A DNA stretch of 64,000 bases, from NCBI RefSeq assembly GCF_006345805.1, contig NC_042999.1:36890001-36954000 (forward strand). Direction: 5' to 3'. Shown here piece after piece: positions 11,821 through 24,949 of this stretch. Every line of letters starts with the position of its first letter. Position 1 is the first letter of the stretch. The translations under genes and the position numbers were made by a program. The DNA is from Octopus sinensis (taxonomy: Eukaryota). The notes beneath the pieces were generated by a model. It saw only the letters and a list, made by a program, of their open reading frames with translations. It searched no databases and had not been told where the DNA came from.

Positions 11821-12211
11821 CTCTTTTACTTGTTTCAGTCATTTGACTGCGGCCATGCTGGAGCACCGCCTTTAGTCGAGCAAATCGCCCCCGGGACTTA
11901 ATCTTTGTAAGCCCAGTACTTATTCTATCGGTCTCTTTTGCCAAACCGCTAAGTGATGGGGACGTAAACACACCAGCATCGGTTGTCAAGCAATGCTAGG
12001 GGGACAAACACAAACACATAAATACACACACACATATATATACATATATACGACAGGTTTCTTTCAGTTTCCGTCTACCAAATCCACTCACAAGGCATTG
12101 GTCGGCCCGGGGCTATAGCAGAAGACACTTGCCCAAAATGCCACGCAGTGGGACTGAACCCGGAACCATTTGGTTGGTAAGCAAGCTACTTACCACACAG
12201 CCACTCCTGCG
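11821..12211 (-). mobile_element. tRNA-derived SINE family B with internal microsatellite, full length
   Basis: Reverse complement GCAGGAGTGGCTGTGTGGTAAG...GGTTCAGTCCC...(TA/TG)n...GCGGTGCTCCAGCATGGCC...AAGTAAAAGAG. Confidence 0.85.
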
Positions 12212-12558
12212 GTTCTTTTTCTTAAAACAGTAGGGTGTGTTTTGAGAGATTTGGCTTATAATTCTAGTAATTTGATTGATGATTTAAATGGCTGGATCGA
12301 ATTTTGTATTAGGTACTCGTATGGGTCTTTAACTTCTAGGAAAATTAAATAGCAAACTATAAAAAAAAAATCGACATTGCACATTTACTTCCCTTTGTAC
12401 GATATTGCAGTACTAAGGGAGGTAAATCTGTAACGTTGGCTTCAGAAGTCATTACGTTAATGTGTACGTATTAAGGAAAGGTAATTCACTTTACAAACAA
12501 TTGCTTAGATAGTGTTTGTCACAAATGGGTTGTAAAGGAAAGCATCTGGTTTTGTCCA

Positions 12559-13415
12559 TCATCCTTTAAATCTTAAGTGTTGCAGATTTTTATAGTCCCA
12601 AATATCGTGATCATTTGAAGTGTATGAATTAAGGATTTGCATTCTCTCCCCAAGACCCCAAGTTTACTCATGCTTCAGACGGGAATGTATCCCATTACTC
12701 CAATAATAATGGGTATGAAGCTGAAAGTTTATCCCTGGATACAGACTTTGCAAGCTTCTTATCAGTGGTCCATAGATGTCTCCTTTCTCTTCTAACCACA
12801 TTGGTGTCTAGAGGACAGCTGATTTCCACAACAAAATATATCTTTTTCTTATGGCCCCTCACAACAATATTTGGCTGGTGGTGTTTTAACTTGGTGGCTG
12901 TTTTAATGTTTAAGTTCCACCAATTCTCTTTTTACCCATCAGTTTCAACGTAGTTGATTTCGTCCAAAAAGTGTTTTCTTTTTTGTTATCCTATTCCAGG
13001 CTGTTCTGACCACCGTGTCGTTTTTCTTTTTTTTTTGGGGGGGGGGGTTATGCACCCTTTTCAAGCCTAGCCAGGCTCATGGACCCGGTTTCTGTGGCGT
13101 CTGTGTTCCCCACCAGTCCATCGCAGCGTTACTCAAGAAACAGGAAGAAAGAGTGAGAAAAGGTTGGGGCGAAAGAGTACAACAGGGGTCGCCACCACCC
13201 CCTGCCGGAGCGTCGTGGAGCTTTTTACGTGTTTTCGCTCAATAAACACACACAACGCCCAGTCTGGGAATCGAAACCGCGATCTTCCGACCGCGAGTCC
13301 GCTGCCCTAACCACTGGGCCATTGTGCCTCCCCACCGCGTCGTATCTGGAAGATATTTTCTCACAGCTGGCAAGAACGTGGTCGATGTCTTCAGTCTTGC
13401 TCTTGCACAGCCTAC
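12559..13415 (-). mobile_element. RLE-type non-LTR retrotransposon 3' fragment, interrupted by a SINE
   Basis: CRLCKSKTEDIDHVLASCEKISSRY (zinc-knuckle region, 13332-13415), then WWNLNIKTATKLKHHQPNIVV...VEISCPLDTNV...IPIIIGVMGYI (restriction-like endonuclease, 12559-12985). Clade not assigned. Confidence 0.75.
13015..13331 (-). mobile_element. tRNA-derived SINE, head F plus tail i
   Basis: Head GGAGGCACAATGGCCCAGTGGTTAGGGCAGCGG...GGTTTCGATTCCC, tail GCTGCGATGGACTGG...A-rich end. Confidence 0.78.
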
Positions 13416-14774
13416 ATGCGTGCGCGTGTGTGGGCGTGCGCACGCGTACGTATTTATATTAGCTAGCAGAATCATGAAAGTATCCGAGGAAATGTCTTGA
13501 AGGATTTATTCTAGCATCTTGCACTCTCTAAGTTCAATTCTAGTTAAGTCAGCTTGGGTGATGCACTGCCAGAAACATTAGAGAGATGAATGGGCTGCTA
13601 TACAAGATATGTTACAGCTCTTTGCTTTCTGAGTTCAAATTCCACCATGGCCTAACTTAAATAGGCGCGATTTAATCAAGACTCTACTCTGTTGCAAGCA
13701 TTCCAGTTTTCAAATAACAATGTGGCAGCCAACCCATTCAATTTTCCACTAAGGCAGAGCAGGCATGGCTGTGTGGTAAGAAGTTACCTTCCCAGCCACA
13801 TGGTTCTAGGTTCAGTTCCACTGCAAGGCACCTTGGGTAAGAATCTTCTATTATAGTCTCGTGTCAGCCAGAGCATTATAAGTGAATTTGGTCGATTGAA
13901 GCTGAAAGAAACCTATCGAATGTATGTAGGTACACAGCTGTAATTAATACCGTTTCTGGAAGCAACGCTAAGGAAGACAGGCTTTGTGAAATAAATTATT
14001 TCCCTTCAATACACACAAATGCGCACACAGCTCGAAATAATGTGCAACCAAGGGAAATAAATTAGTAATGTTTTTAACTATAGATGACAAAAACAATTTC
14101 GATTCACTTTTTAAAAAATATTTTTCACTTAAAAATTAATAAAATTGAAATGTTGCCTTAAATTCAAATTGAACCAAACAACTTGAAAGCTGAAACTAGA
14201 ATTTGAAAATACATTTTTATTTATTCAGGTCAATTATCGGTTGTGTATTCTAGGCTATGAATACTATATATAGATTAATGTGGTGGCAAAGTAGGTAATA
14301 AAAGGAAGAATGATTTAGTGATTCTGTGTGAAATAATCTGGAAATTGATTGATAGTTGTTGTAGCACCTATCTGATGTTGTCCATAACAATGGCAACAAC
14401 AAGTTCAAATAGACAATTTTGAGGCATATCAAGTGTTTTTAAACCAAGTGCAGTGAACGTCTGTCTTTTCTTGGACCATAATGAACTTTTTACCGTGTGT
14501 GGTACAGTATGTCAATCAGTGTATGTCATATCCACCTTGCTACAGTAGGTCCATCATAGATTATAGCAATCCTGTCTGAGTCACTAATCTCACAACTACA
14601 AACTATTAAAAGCATCAAATAATGCACTTTACATCATCAAAACCTGCACAGATTACCTACATATGGAAACAAAAGTACTTAAAATTAGTGACCTTCCAGA
14701 TATGCAAGGTGTATGTTTTGTTATACACTAAATCCTGCGATCAACATCAATGGAAATCGTAGCTGTGATACCAG

Positions 14775-15142
14775 TGCCGATGGCACATAAGAGAACCATC
14801 CAAACGTGGCCATTGCCAGTGCCGCCCCGACTGCCTCCGTGCCAGTGGCATGTAAAAAGCACCATCCGATCGTGGCCGTTGCCAGCCTCGCCTGGCCTCC
14901 GTGCCGGTGGCACGTAAATAGCACCATCCGATCGTGGCCGTTTGCCAGTCTCGTCTGGCACGTAAAATGCACCCACTACACTCACAGAGTGGTTGGCGTT
15001 AGGAGGGGCATCCAGCCGTAGAAACATTGCCAGATCAGACTGGGCCTGGTGCAGCCTTCTGACTTCCCAGGCCCCAGTTGAACTGTCCAACCCATGCTAG
15101 CATGGAAAGCGGATGCTAAACGATGATGATGATGATGATGAT
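14775..15142 (+). mobile_element. RTE 3' end with several internal subrepeats
   Basis: Four GGCAC(G/A)TAA..GCAC units followed by the conserved tail and (GAT)n. Confidence 0.8.
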
Positions 15143-15992
15143 GTATCTACTGTAGACATTTTGTTGTGTGGTTTGTTATTCATGTAAGGAATATCAACTT
15201 CAAAAACTAAGACCCACAGTCAGAGAGAGATTCATAGTCAGACTGTTTTAGCCCATGAAGCTACAGCTAAGCAGCATCCTTTAAAAATCATTTGGAACTA
15301 AGAGAGATGGTCGTTTTAATCTTAATATCTTTATTTCATTGTTCAGACAATTTATGGCTGTAAGATATGTAGGTTGTTTTAGTTGGAAATGTGGACTTAG
15401 TAGTAAATTTATACATAATGTGTCTAGTTGAATGAGATTTTGTAAGGTGTACTTATCACCTTCCACTCTTGATATACAGATAAGTTGTAACATAACAGAG
15501 GTTATGGAAACTAATGTGGAAGCTTTAAGTAATCACTCAACTTGCTGAGTGTAGCTACCAAAATCACTGAATTCATTCAAAAATTACTTCCTTCCTTCAT
15601 CAAAATGTAAAGCACAAGTTTATAGACTGGGACACTCACATTAGATTTGGTGGTTAATGTGAAGTTCCAGGGCCAAATCTTACGACCAGGAAAAAGAAGG
15701 AAGGAAGCAATCATTATCATCATCACTAACACCAATTTTTGTAAACTCTAGCATGGGTTGGACGATTTGACTGAGGACTTGCGAACCAGATGGCTGCACC
15801 AGGCTCCAATCTTGATCTGGCAGAGTTTTCTACAGCTGGATGCCCTTCCTAACGCCAACCACTCTGAGAGTGTAATGGGTGCTTATTTCTTGGTATTTGT
15901 CTGAGCTTTTTTTATGTCATGGGTAACATCTTGCATGATTCCTGCACTTCTCCTTTGATGATGTTTTAATATATTTTCTCTTACTTTTCCAG

Positions 15993-16104
15993 GTGAATTG
16001 AAGGATCCGAGCCGGTCTATTCCAAATGGGACATTAGCAGCCATGGCATACACCTTTATAACATACATCATACTTTCTTTTCTTATTGCTGCATCTTGTG
16101 ACAG
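15993..16104 (+). CDS. SLC12A9: SLC12A9-like exon 5 in window
   Basis: ttttccAG|GT GAA...GAC AG|GTTTGT. Encodes [38 protein letters not shown]. Confidence 0.93.
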
Positions 16105-16650
16105 GTTTGTGTGTTTCATCTCTTACTGGGTGACATAGTTGTGCATCTCTTACTACAGCAGAGTTACAAAACATTTGCATGTCTTGCTGTAACAGTTACC
16201 TGTTCGTATGAATATAATGTGTGTGTGTGCGCGCACGTGTGTGTAGATAGACAGGGAGGAAAACATTACCTCCCTTGGAAACAGGTGAGGGTTGGCATCA
16301 GGAAGGGCATCCAGCTGTAGAGAACCTGCCACTCTGATAGTGCTGCACATATGTATATACATTTTTGTAGGTGCAGGCATAGCTGTGTGGGTAAGAAATT
16401 TGCTTCCCAACCACATGATTTCGGGTTTAGTCCCACTGTACGGCACCTTAGGCAAGTGTCTTCTAGGCCAACCAAAGCCTTGTAAATGGATTTATATATA
16501 CACTCACTATTTATGAAAAAAATTCTTTACTAGTTTATATTATCATTACTGTGTGATGAATAGTAATATGAAACTCTGAGTAACAGTTTGTGAAGTATTT
16601 TGGCTTTAATAAAATAGTGTGTATGGGTGTGTGTGTGTGTGTGTGTGTGT

Positions 16651-16972
16651 GAAGGCGCATGGCTCAGTGGTTAGAGTATCGAGCTTGTGAGTTCGAGTCC
16701 CGGACCAGGCTGCATGTTGTGTTCTTGAGCAAGACACTTTATTTCATGTTTCTCCAGTTCACTCAGCTGTAGAAATGAGTTACGACGTCACAGGTGCCAA
16801 GCTGTATCTGCTGTTGCCTTTCTCTTGGATAACATCGGTGGTGTGGAGGGGGGAGGCCGGTATGCATGGGCGACTGCTGGTCTTCCACAAACAACCTTGC
16901 CCAGACTTGTGCCTGGGAGGGTAACTTTCTAGGTGCAATCCCACGGTCAGTCATGACTGAAGGGGATCTCAA
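16651..16972 (+). mobile_element. tRNA-derived SINE, head C plus a further distinct tail
   Basis: GGCGCATGGCTCAGTGGTTAGAG...GTTCGAGTCCC, core TTCTTGAGCAAGACACTTT, and a tail unlike the other copies. Confidence 0.7.
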
Positions 16973-17208
16973 TACACACACACACACAGTGCTGGTTCCA
17001 CATAAAAAGCAAGCACCCATTACACTCTGTGGAGTGGTTGGCATTAGAAAGAGCATCCAGCTGTAGAGACCATGTCAGAGCAGAAAATGGAGTTTAGTAC
17101 AATCCCTGACCTTACCAGCTTTGTTCATCCTGTCCAACCCATGCCAGCATGGAAAATGGACATTAAATGATGATGATGATTATGACATACATCTTGTTTT
17201 ATATCAAA

Positions 17209-17517
17209 CTAGCAGTATCGCCCTGCGTTGCTCGGGTTTGTAAGGGAAATAACTATATAAGCATTTTTATAGAGTTACTTCCCTTATATAAACCGAGCAA
17301 AAAATGCATTAAAAATGTGGAAAAATGATGGTAATTTTTTTTTTAAATCATAGACTCATTGTAGACGCGCGCTAATACCCAGAAGGGCTTGATATGAATC
17401 ACGACTATAAGATACCCGCTTTTGGTTAAACTGCACCGCAAAATGTGGGAGTAGTTAGGAATCCAAATCGGAGTAGACAGACACTCACACACACAGTTTC
17501 AGTTTTATATATAAAGA
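17209..17517 (-). mobile_element. Non-autonomous Helitron
   Basis: On the minus strand: host A, 5' TC, subterminal hairpin CCCGAGCAACGCAGGG, 3' CTAG, host T. Second copy at 38738-39134. Confidence 0.8.
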
Positions 17518-17646
17518 TGTAGAAAAAAAGAATGCTTAATATGTGTTATAGAGGATTTGAGCATGTTTTTTTTTATTGAAGCTGTGACTCAAAGAGTCTT
17601 GTGATTCAAGTTTCATGCCAGTGCATTTATTTATCTGTCTTTCCAG

Positions 17647-17804
17647 ATTCCTGCTTGTGAATGACTATGTGTTCCTTCAAGATATAAACATATGGAAGCC
17701 ATTTGTTGTGGTAGGAATATTTGCCGTAACATTTTCATCAGCACTTGGAAATCTAATTGGTGGTTCCCGTGTCTTAGAAAGATTAGCTAATGATCATCTG
17801 TTCT
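17647..17804 (+). CDS. SLC12A9: SLC12A9-like exon 6 in window
   Basis: tttccAG|A TTC...TTC T|GTAAGT. Encodes FLLVNDYVFLQDINIWKPFVVVGIFAVTFSSALGNLIGGSRVLERLANDHLF. Confidence 0.92.
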
Positions 17805-18294
17805 GTAAGTTATTCAATTTGTTTCCTTCTCTTTTTCTGCTTTTTTCATTTTTACTTATTCATAATCTCGACATCAGCTAATTGCTAAATATTACTCTTT
17901 TTAATTTATTACTTGATACAATCCTCATCAATGTTAGAAGCATTTGACAAATTAAGATTGATTTTATTCGTAAGGTGGCCATTTTCGTTTTATTCCTGCT
18001 TTTCACACAATGTAAAGGATTTCTTAGTTCTACCAATTTATACATTTACAGAGCTCTGTATCATGGAATTGATATTTTTGATTTTCCTGTTTAGATTAAA
18101 GTACAATATAGCCAACCATTACTTGTGAGTGGATGTGGTTTGGTAATATATAGCGTTACTGACTTATTTAAGCCTTTTGCTCCCGGTAGAGTGCTGGCCA
18201 TCAATGACTCTTCTCCACAGTTCTCAACTGTATGTTGTCTTTTCTACTTCTCTCTAGCTGGATCCCTGCCTTTTCAGCTTTATGAAAATATGTG

Positions 18295-18690
18295 TGTATG
18301 TATAATTGTGGAGGGAACCTGTGGAAAAGGTAGACCCAGGGAGACATGGAAATATGATCTTCGGTTGTTGAGTCTCATGAAGGCAATGACAAGTCACTGA
18401 GACTTCAGGCAATTTGCTGTGCTTGAAAAGACATGTCAAGCTAAGTGGAATTGGAACCATGGCCAGTGCCAGTGATGCATAAAAAGCACACATGCCAATG
18501 ACTTGTAAAATACACCCAGTACACTTTGTAAAGTGGTTGGTGTAAGGAAGGGCGTCCCACCATAAAAACCAAGCCAAACAGATGACTAGAGCCTGGTGCA
18601 GCTCTCCGGCTTACCAGCTCTGGTAAACTCTGGTCAAACCATCTAACCCATGCTAGCAAGGAAAACGGACACTAAATGATGATGTTGATG
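18295..18690 (+). mobile_element. RTE LINE 3' fragment with ORF2 C-terminus plus 3' UTR
   Basis: IVEGTCGKGRPRETW...DLRLLSLMKAMTS...AVLEKTCQAK, followed by the GCATAAAAAGCAC / CATGCTAGC / (GAT)n tail. Confidence 0.8.
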
Positions 18691-18838
18691 ATACAAACAA
18701 AGATACATGATATATACCTATCTATATACACACATATATAACTATATACATATACAGCCAAATACATAATATATGTTTTATGTAGAATAGAACAGTATGA
18801 TTTTTTTTTATATGCTCCTAAGTTTATATGATAATATA

Positions 18839-19352
18839 CCATAAATCCTTGAGTATAATCCGCATTTTTTTCCCAAAATTTAATGGTCAAAATCCCTAGT
18901 GTGTACTATATATACGAGGTTTAAAATGAAAATTATTTTCTAAGCAATGTCTGAGTCTCTATTTGCTGTCTGGCAATGTTTATTCAGACGCATTTTGTGA
19001 TGTCGGGCGCGAAAATACATTAAGCTAAGCCTGAAAGCAATGAAGTCATAAAAGAATCATCCATAACTTGCAGTAAGCAACATTTATTAAACGTTATTAC
19101 TGTTATTTCTTTATTTTCTGCAAACAAAATGAACAAAAAAGCTACACGTTTGCATTATGTTATATATACAATAATAGTAAAGGATGTTACCATATGCATT
19201 TTTACAAACCAAGGACGTTATATAGACCTCCTTGACTCAAGTTAGAGAAGGGGTGCGTATTATACACAAGGTTTAGGTTTTACAGAAGTACAGCCCCCTA
19301 AAAATCCCCTGCGTATTGTACTCAAGGGTGGTCTATACTCGAGGATTTACGG
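18839..19352. mobile_element. Tc1/mariner-pogo-like MITE (514 bp), TA TSD
   Basis: TA|CCATAAATCCTTGAGTATA...TATACTCGAGGATTTACGG|TA (19-bp TIR, 2 mismatches), with internal TGCGTATTATAC-like repeats. Confidence 0.8.
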
Positions 19353-20074
19353 TATAGCTTGAAATGTTAATCTATGATATTATGTTGCTTAGGGTATATT
19401 GATAATAATAATTATAATAAAAGTTCTGAATATTAACATACATTAAAAGCAGTATCCCTCTTACAAAAACATTATGCCTGTCTGACCACCCCCAACCCCA
19501 CCATTTCTTTATGAATGTGTGTGACTTTCTCCCTAGCTAATTGTATTCCTGGTCTATGTGTAGAGGTTTCCCCTCTCTGTATCCATATTGTTTTAGTGTA
19601 TGCACCTGTCAGCTTACTTACTGTATAAGTGTATGCATGTCTTTATGAGTGTATATGTAAATGCTTATGGATATATATATATGTATATATATTTACATCT
19701 ATGTGTATCTCTGTGTGGACTGCATGTTCATATGTGTGTATGTATATATGGGTATATCTTGTTGGTTTTGACTCATAAGGGTCAGTTTTTCAGTTTCATG
19801 GTGTATATATTCCCTGCCTGGATAGGATGCCAGTCCATCGCAGGATTACTCACTTTTGCCAACTGAGTGGACTGGAGCGACATGAAATGAAGTGTTTTGC
19901 TCAAGAACGCAATGCGTCACTTGAATCCAACACCCTAACCACTAAGCCACGTGTCTCCACATAAGAGTGTATGGGAGAGTGAGTGATGGTTATAGATGGG
20001 AAATGGGTGAATGGGCTGAGTATGATGAATGTAGAACATTTTTTTTTAAATGATAATTTTTTTTTATTTTACAG

Positions 20075-20157
20075 GGTTTGTTTTAAGCCCAGCTAAAATT
20101 ACATCACGTAATGGAAACCCTTTTGTTGCTGTCCTTATCACTTGGCTATTTGCTCAG
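20075..20157 (+). CDS. SLC12A9: SLC12A9-like exon 7 in window
   Basis: ttttacAG|GG...CAG|GTACAA. Encodes WFVLSPAKITSRNGNPFVAVLITWLFAQ (human GVILAPAKVVSRGGNPWAAVLYSWGLVQ). Absent from the ORF track. Confidence 0.9.
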
Positions 20158-20796
20158 GTACAAAACATTTGTCACTCATAACATTTTCTCTCCTAGTCTA
20201 AGTCGTATACATCATAGAACATCAAAGGCACTGATACTCTGATTGGCTGTATACATCTTGAAAAACTCTGTTCTTTTGAGTTGTTCCACCAATTTTAATT
20301 CTTTTGGGTACTGACCCACCAGAGACTGCCCTTGGTTCTACAATACAATCATACCGTCTTAAAATATTCTAAATTAAAACTTACCATCAAAATTTTATGT
20401 TAATAACGACAAGGTTATTTTGTTAAATTATTAAATTTTTTCAAATTTAATTTAAACAGAGGCAGGGTATTTCAACATAAATATTATTACTGAAGAATTA
20501 ACCCTTTAGCAATGTAGTGCATATTTATTCACATCACTTTGAATTAATCATGCATTATCTTGTAGCTTCAAGATTCTGATGAAATAAAGAATCATAATTC
20601 TTTATTTTTAGAATGACTGTGTTGAGTAGGTGTGAGGGGTCAGATCTGGCCAGTTCAAACATAATAAAACAGGTAGAATATTGGGGCCAGGTATAATCAG
20701 TACAAATTCTAAAGAATTAAACAGTTTAATACTGATGTGATTTTTTTTATTTCCAAAACACTAAATTACAACTTTTATTTGTCTCATTCTTTTCAG

Positions 20797-20921
20797 CTTG
20801 TTCTCCTTATTGGCTCCCTCAATGCCATTGCCCCTTTTACCTCAGTCTGCTTCTTGCTGTCCTATGCCTCTACCAATCTTGCTTGCCTTGGTCTTGAAGT
20901 AGCTTCTGCTCCAAACTTCAG
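20797..20921 (+). CDS. SLC12A9: SLC12A9-like exon 8 in window
   Basis: ttttcAG|CTT...TTC AG|GTAAAC. Encodes [42 protein letters not shown]. Confidence 0.93.
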
Positions 20922-21920
20922 GTAAACTTTCACTTTAAAACAAATTTTCTTTCATATTCATATTTGATGTTTTCTCTAATTTTATGTTTCACAGTACATC
21001 GTTTGAGATAATGGGACTGAGTCTCATGGTATACTGTGAGATTGTGGGAGTGATTTTCAAAGCCTGACTTTTAAGAAGCTCTTTAAGATATTTTTGAAAA
21101 ATCAAAATAAAACAAAAATAAACCTTTTTAATGCCAAAATACAAAATAAATTAATACTAGATTAACCCCAGTACAGATGAAGAGTCAAATAGAGTCTTAG
21201 TTCATGAAAGAAATTTTTTTTTAAATGGTGAAATATATTTCTCTGTATGATGGTCTCTCCTATCATGAGCAACAGATGATAGTTCTGCAATTTCTTGCTG
21301 AACAACCTGCACAGATGATTTGTTTTAGTGATCAAATGTTTCTGCTGTACATTAGCTCACTCCCTCATCAAATCAGCATCGCCTGAAAAAGTGCATGGTG
21401 TACCACACATCCGATGTCAAAGTGATTGTAGAGCAATATGAAATTATGTGTTTTGCTCAAAAGCACAACACACCACTCTGTCCAGTAATTGAAACCACAA
21501 TCTCACACTCATGAGATCCCTAAACACTAGGCTATGCACTTTCATTCTTCTATAGTGTAACACTATTTACACCCAAATTGTATTATAGGAATATAAAGCA
21601 ACCTTGTTTATCAATTCTAGAAGAATGAAAGGTAAAATTGACCTCAGCAGGATTTGAATTCAGAATGTCAAGAGTCATTAAAAACTGCATAGCATGTTTT
21701 CCAAGAATTATAATTTTGTCTATTTACTGCATCAACATCCTCTTCATCAGTTCTTCTGTTAATTCCAATGGTTGCTAGATCACTCTATTTAGGGCTTAAG
21801 ATCTATTCTAGTTCTTATGAAGGTACTAAAAAATAGTTGAGCTGAATAATGTTGAAGTATATTTGAAACCAAAATGTTTTAAATTGTGTAAAATTGTTGG
21901 TTTTTTTTCTTTTATTGTAG

Positions 21921-23268
21921 GCCTACTTTCAAATATTTCTCCTGGCATACATCGCTCCTGGGGCTCATTGGTTGTATCATTATGTCTTTTTATGTAAGCC
22001 CGCTCTATGCATCAATCTCTGTGATAATGTTGCTCCTGCTTGTCATTCTGCTGCATATCCGTTCGCTGCCTTCATCTTGGGGTTCCATTAGCCAAGCATT
22101 GATCTTCCATCAAGTTCGAAAATATCTCCTAATGTTAGACACTCGCAAAGATCACGTGAAGTATTGGCGTCCGCAGATTCTTCTCATGGTGGCCCACCCA
22201 TGTCAGTCCTGTGAACTCATGGACTTTATAAATGATCTGAAGAAAGGTGGGCTTTATATTATTGGCCATGTCAAAATAGGTACTTTGAACAAACACTTGT
22301 CTGATCCCATCCAAGATGACTATTCAAAATGGCTGAGCTTAATCGACTATCTCAAAATTAAAGCTTTCCCTGAAGTTACCATGGCACCTAGTGTCTCCGA
22401 AGGTTTGATTCATCTTGCTAGAATTTCAGGCCTTGGGGGAATGAAACCAAATACAGTGTGTTTTGGATTTTATGATGATGCAACTCCTGTTGATAGTTTC
22501 ATGAAAACTAGAATTCGTCATGGAACTGTTGTTAACTCGGCTGAAGAAGGATCTTCTGAAAATATTAGTGAGCATTTTGGTGTAGTTCGGTCGGATAAAG
22601 ACCCTCATAGTGTACAATCTTTTGAAGAGTTTGTTGGATTCATACGAGATTGTTTGAAAATGCAGAAAAACGTTTGTATTTGTCGCCATTTCAATCAACT
22701 TGACAAAAATGCCATTCTGTCTTCAAAATCTGAGCATTTCATTGATGTCTGGCCATTGAATTTTTTCCAGCCAGAAACTTCAAATTATTTTGACATAACT
22801 TGTCTTTATATGCTTCAATTGGCTTGTATTCTGCATATGGTTCCCAAATGGAAAAAGCATACCACTCTAAGAGTTTTTCTCTGTGTTGACACTGTAAACG
22901 ACAATACTTTGCAGAAAGAGAAAAAATTAGATGACTTCTTACGACAACTTCGTATCTTGGCTCGGATCAAAATAGTTCCATGGGATCAGATTCTGACATA
23001 CTACCGCGCCAATGAGGACCAACATGAATCATCTGAAGAAATGATGCAGAAGTTCTACTCTCTTGGTGATTCTACTCTGAAGATGATCAACCAATTAATT
23101 GTGGACAATTCTCGTGCCACGGCAATCAGCTTTATATATTTACCACTTCCACCCAGTGACATCTCAAAGTATGAGAAATATTTACACCAACTTACTGTAT
23201 TGTCAAACAGCCTTCCTCCAACTATGTTTGTGCATGGACTCCACCCTGTTACATCAACCACTCTGTGA
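21921..23268 (+). CDS. SLC12A9: SLC12A9-like terminal coding exon (last TMs plus cytosolic C-terminal domain)
   Basis: ttgtAG|G CCT ACT TTC. Encodes PTFKYFSWHT...HQVRKYLLMLDTRKDHVKYWRPQILL...GLGGMKPNT...VHGLHPVTSTTL-stop. These motifs and the C-terminus match SLC12A9 (human VHGVTPVTCTDL). Confidence 0.96.
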
Positions 23269-23408
23269 TCTTATGACAATGCTAATTAACGATGCTAATT
23301 ACTAAAGTCTTCTTTTGTATCTCAGTGATATCCAAAAACCAATGGAACAACTATGACCATCAAAACATTCTTTAAAAAAATATGTGAATGCATCTATGTA
23401 TGCATGTA

Positions 23409-23450
<42 letters not shown>

Positions 23451-23453
<3 letters not shown>

Positions 23454-24304
23454 GGTTTTTCCGTTTTCGTTTCTCGTTGAGTTCTACGTCTCTGTTTTTC
23501 TGTTGTAAAAAAATGGTTTTTCCGTTTTCGTTTCTCGTTGAGTTCTACGTCTAGTTGTGGTGTCCTGTACTCACATATATATATTTATATATGCATGTAT
23601 ATATACATGTAGATGTAGGTACGTACATATATGTTTGTATGTATGCATATATTTTATTTATTACACTATATATATATATATATAAATGTATAAATATATG
23701 TGTGTCCTTGTGTTCATGTTCATGTTTATATGTGTGTTTGTATAGTGTTGTTTACATATTTTTACTTAATATAACCTCCCGGTAGATCAAGTCCATAACC
23801 TAGTATCAATTCCTGGTTGTGACCATTTTTTGTTATACATTACAAATACTCTTAAAAGAAAGTCATGTCCATCACACAATCTCATCTTCCCTTCCTTATA
23901 AATCTGAGACCATGTGCCTAGGTAAGGAATTCCTATTTCTTAACTTTTAACTGATATGTAATAATGTGTGTATGTGTGTATTTGGCTTGTTATTTCTTAG
24001 TTATTTATCTCCTGTTTTTTTTTGTTTTGTTTTGGTTTTTTTAAAATTACAACTTAGCTTTATTTCTTCACTTAAACTGAAAAGGCTTTAAACAATATTT
24101 TTTCTGAAAATAACAAATGTATTATTATTAGTAGTAGTATATTATTATTATTATTCTGAGCTCAAATTCTGCCTAGGTCAAACTTTGCCTTTCATCCTTT
24201 CGGGGTTGATAAAATAAGTACCAGTTGAGCACTGGGGTTGATGTAATCAACTTAGCCCCTTCCCCCAAACCTGCTGGCTTTGTGCCAAAATTTGAAATCA
24301 TTAA

Positions 24305-24336
<32 letters not shown>

Positions 24337-24362
24337 TATCATTATCATTATTATTATTATTA

Positions 24363-24427
<65 letters not shown>

Positions 24428-24904
24428 TAAGGTGGTGAGCTGGCAGAACCATTACCACACTGGATAAAATGCTTAGTAGCATTTCTTCCATCTTGATGTT
24501 AGTTCAAGTTCTGCTATGGTCTGCTTTGCCTTTTATCCTTTTGGGGGTGATAAAATAAAGTATCAGTCATATACTGTGGTTGATGTGATCAACTAGCTCC
24601 CTCCCGCCATATTTCAGGCCTTTTGCCTACCATATTATTATTATGATTATTACCTATTATGATGGTTGTCCATGTACAGTGTTATTTTTGTTGATCCATG
24701 GCAGATGTTTTCACATTCCTTGATAGATGATAACTTCGTCTTACATTGTGTTATCTATGTAATACTGACCATTGTCCACATTTAACTGAATTGCTACAAA
24801 GTGAGGATTAATTTTATGCATGCCTCTATGTTTGTAGGCATATTTTTGTAAAAACGAAAGAGCTTGATGATATACATGCATAGTCTCACACTTATATAAT
24901 ATAT

Positions 24905-24949
<45 letters not shown>

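Noticed and set aside
12383-12427. 18-bp imperfect hairpin as an RNA gene
   Set aside because: Too short for a pre-miRNA, and probably a TE remnant.
4019-23268. Assignment to NKCC, KCC or SLC12A8 instead of SLC12A9
   Set aside because: ASAPNFRPTF, RKDHVK(Y/F)WRPQ and the terminal VHG..PVT.T.L match SLC12A9 as I recall it. A reciprocal BLAST would confirm.
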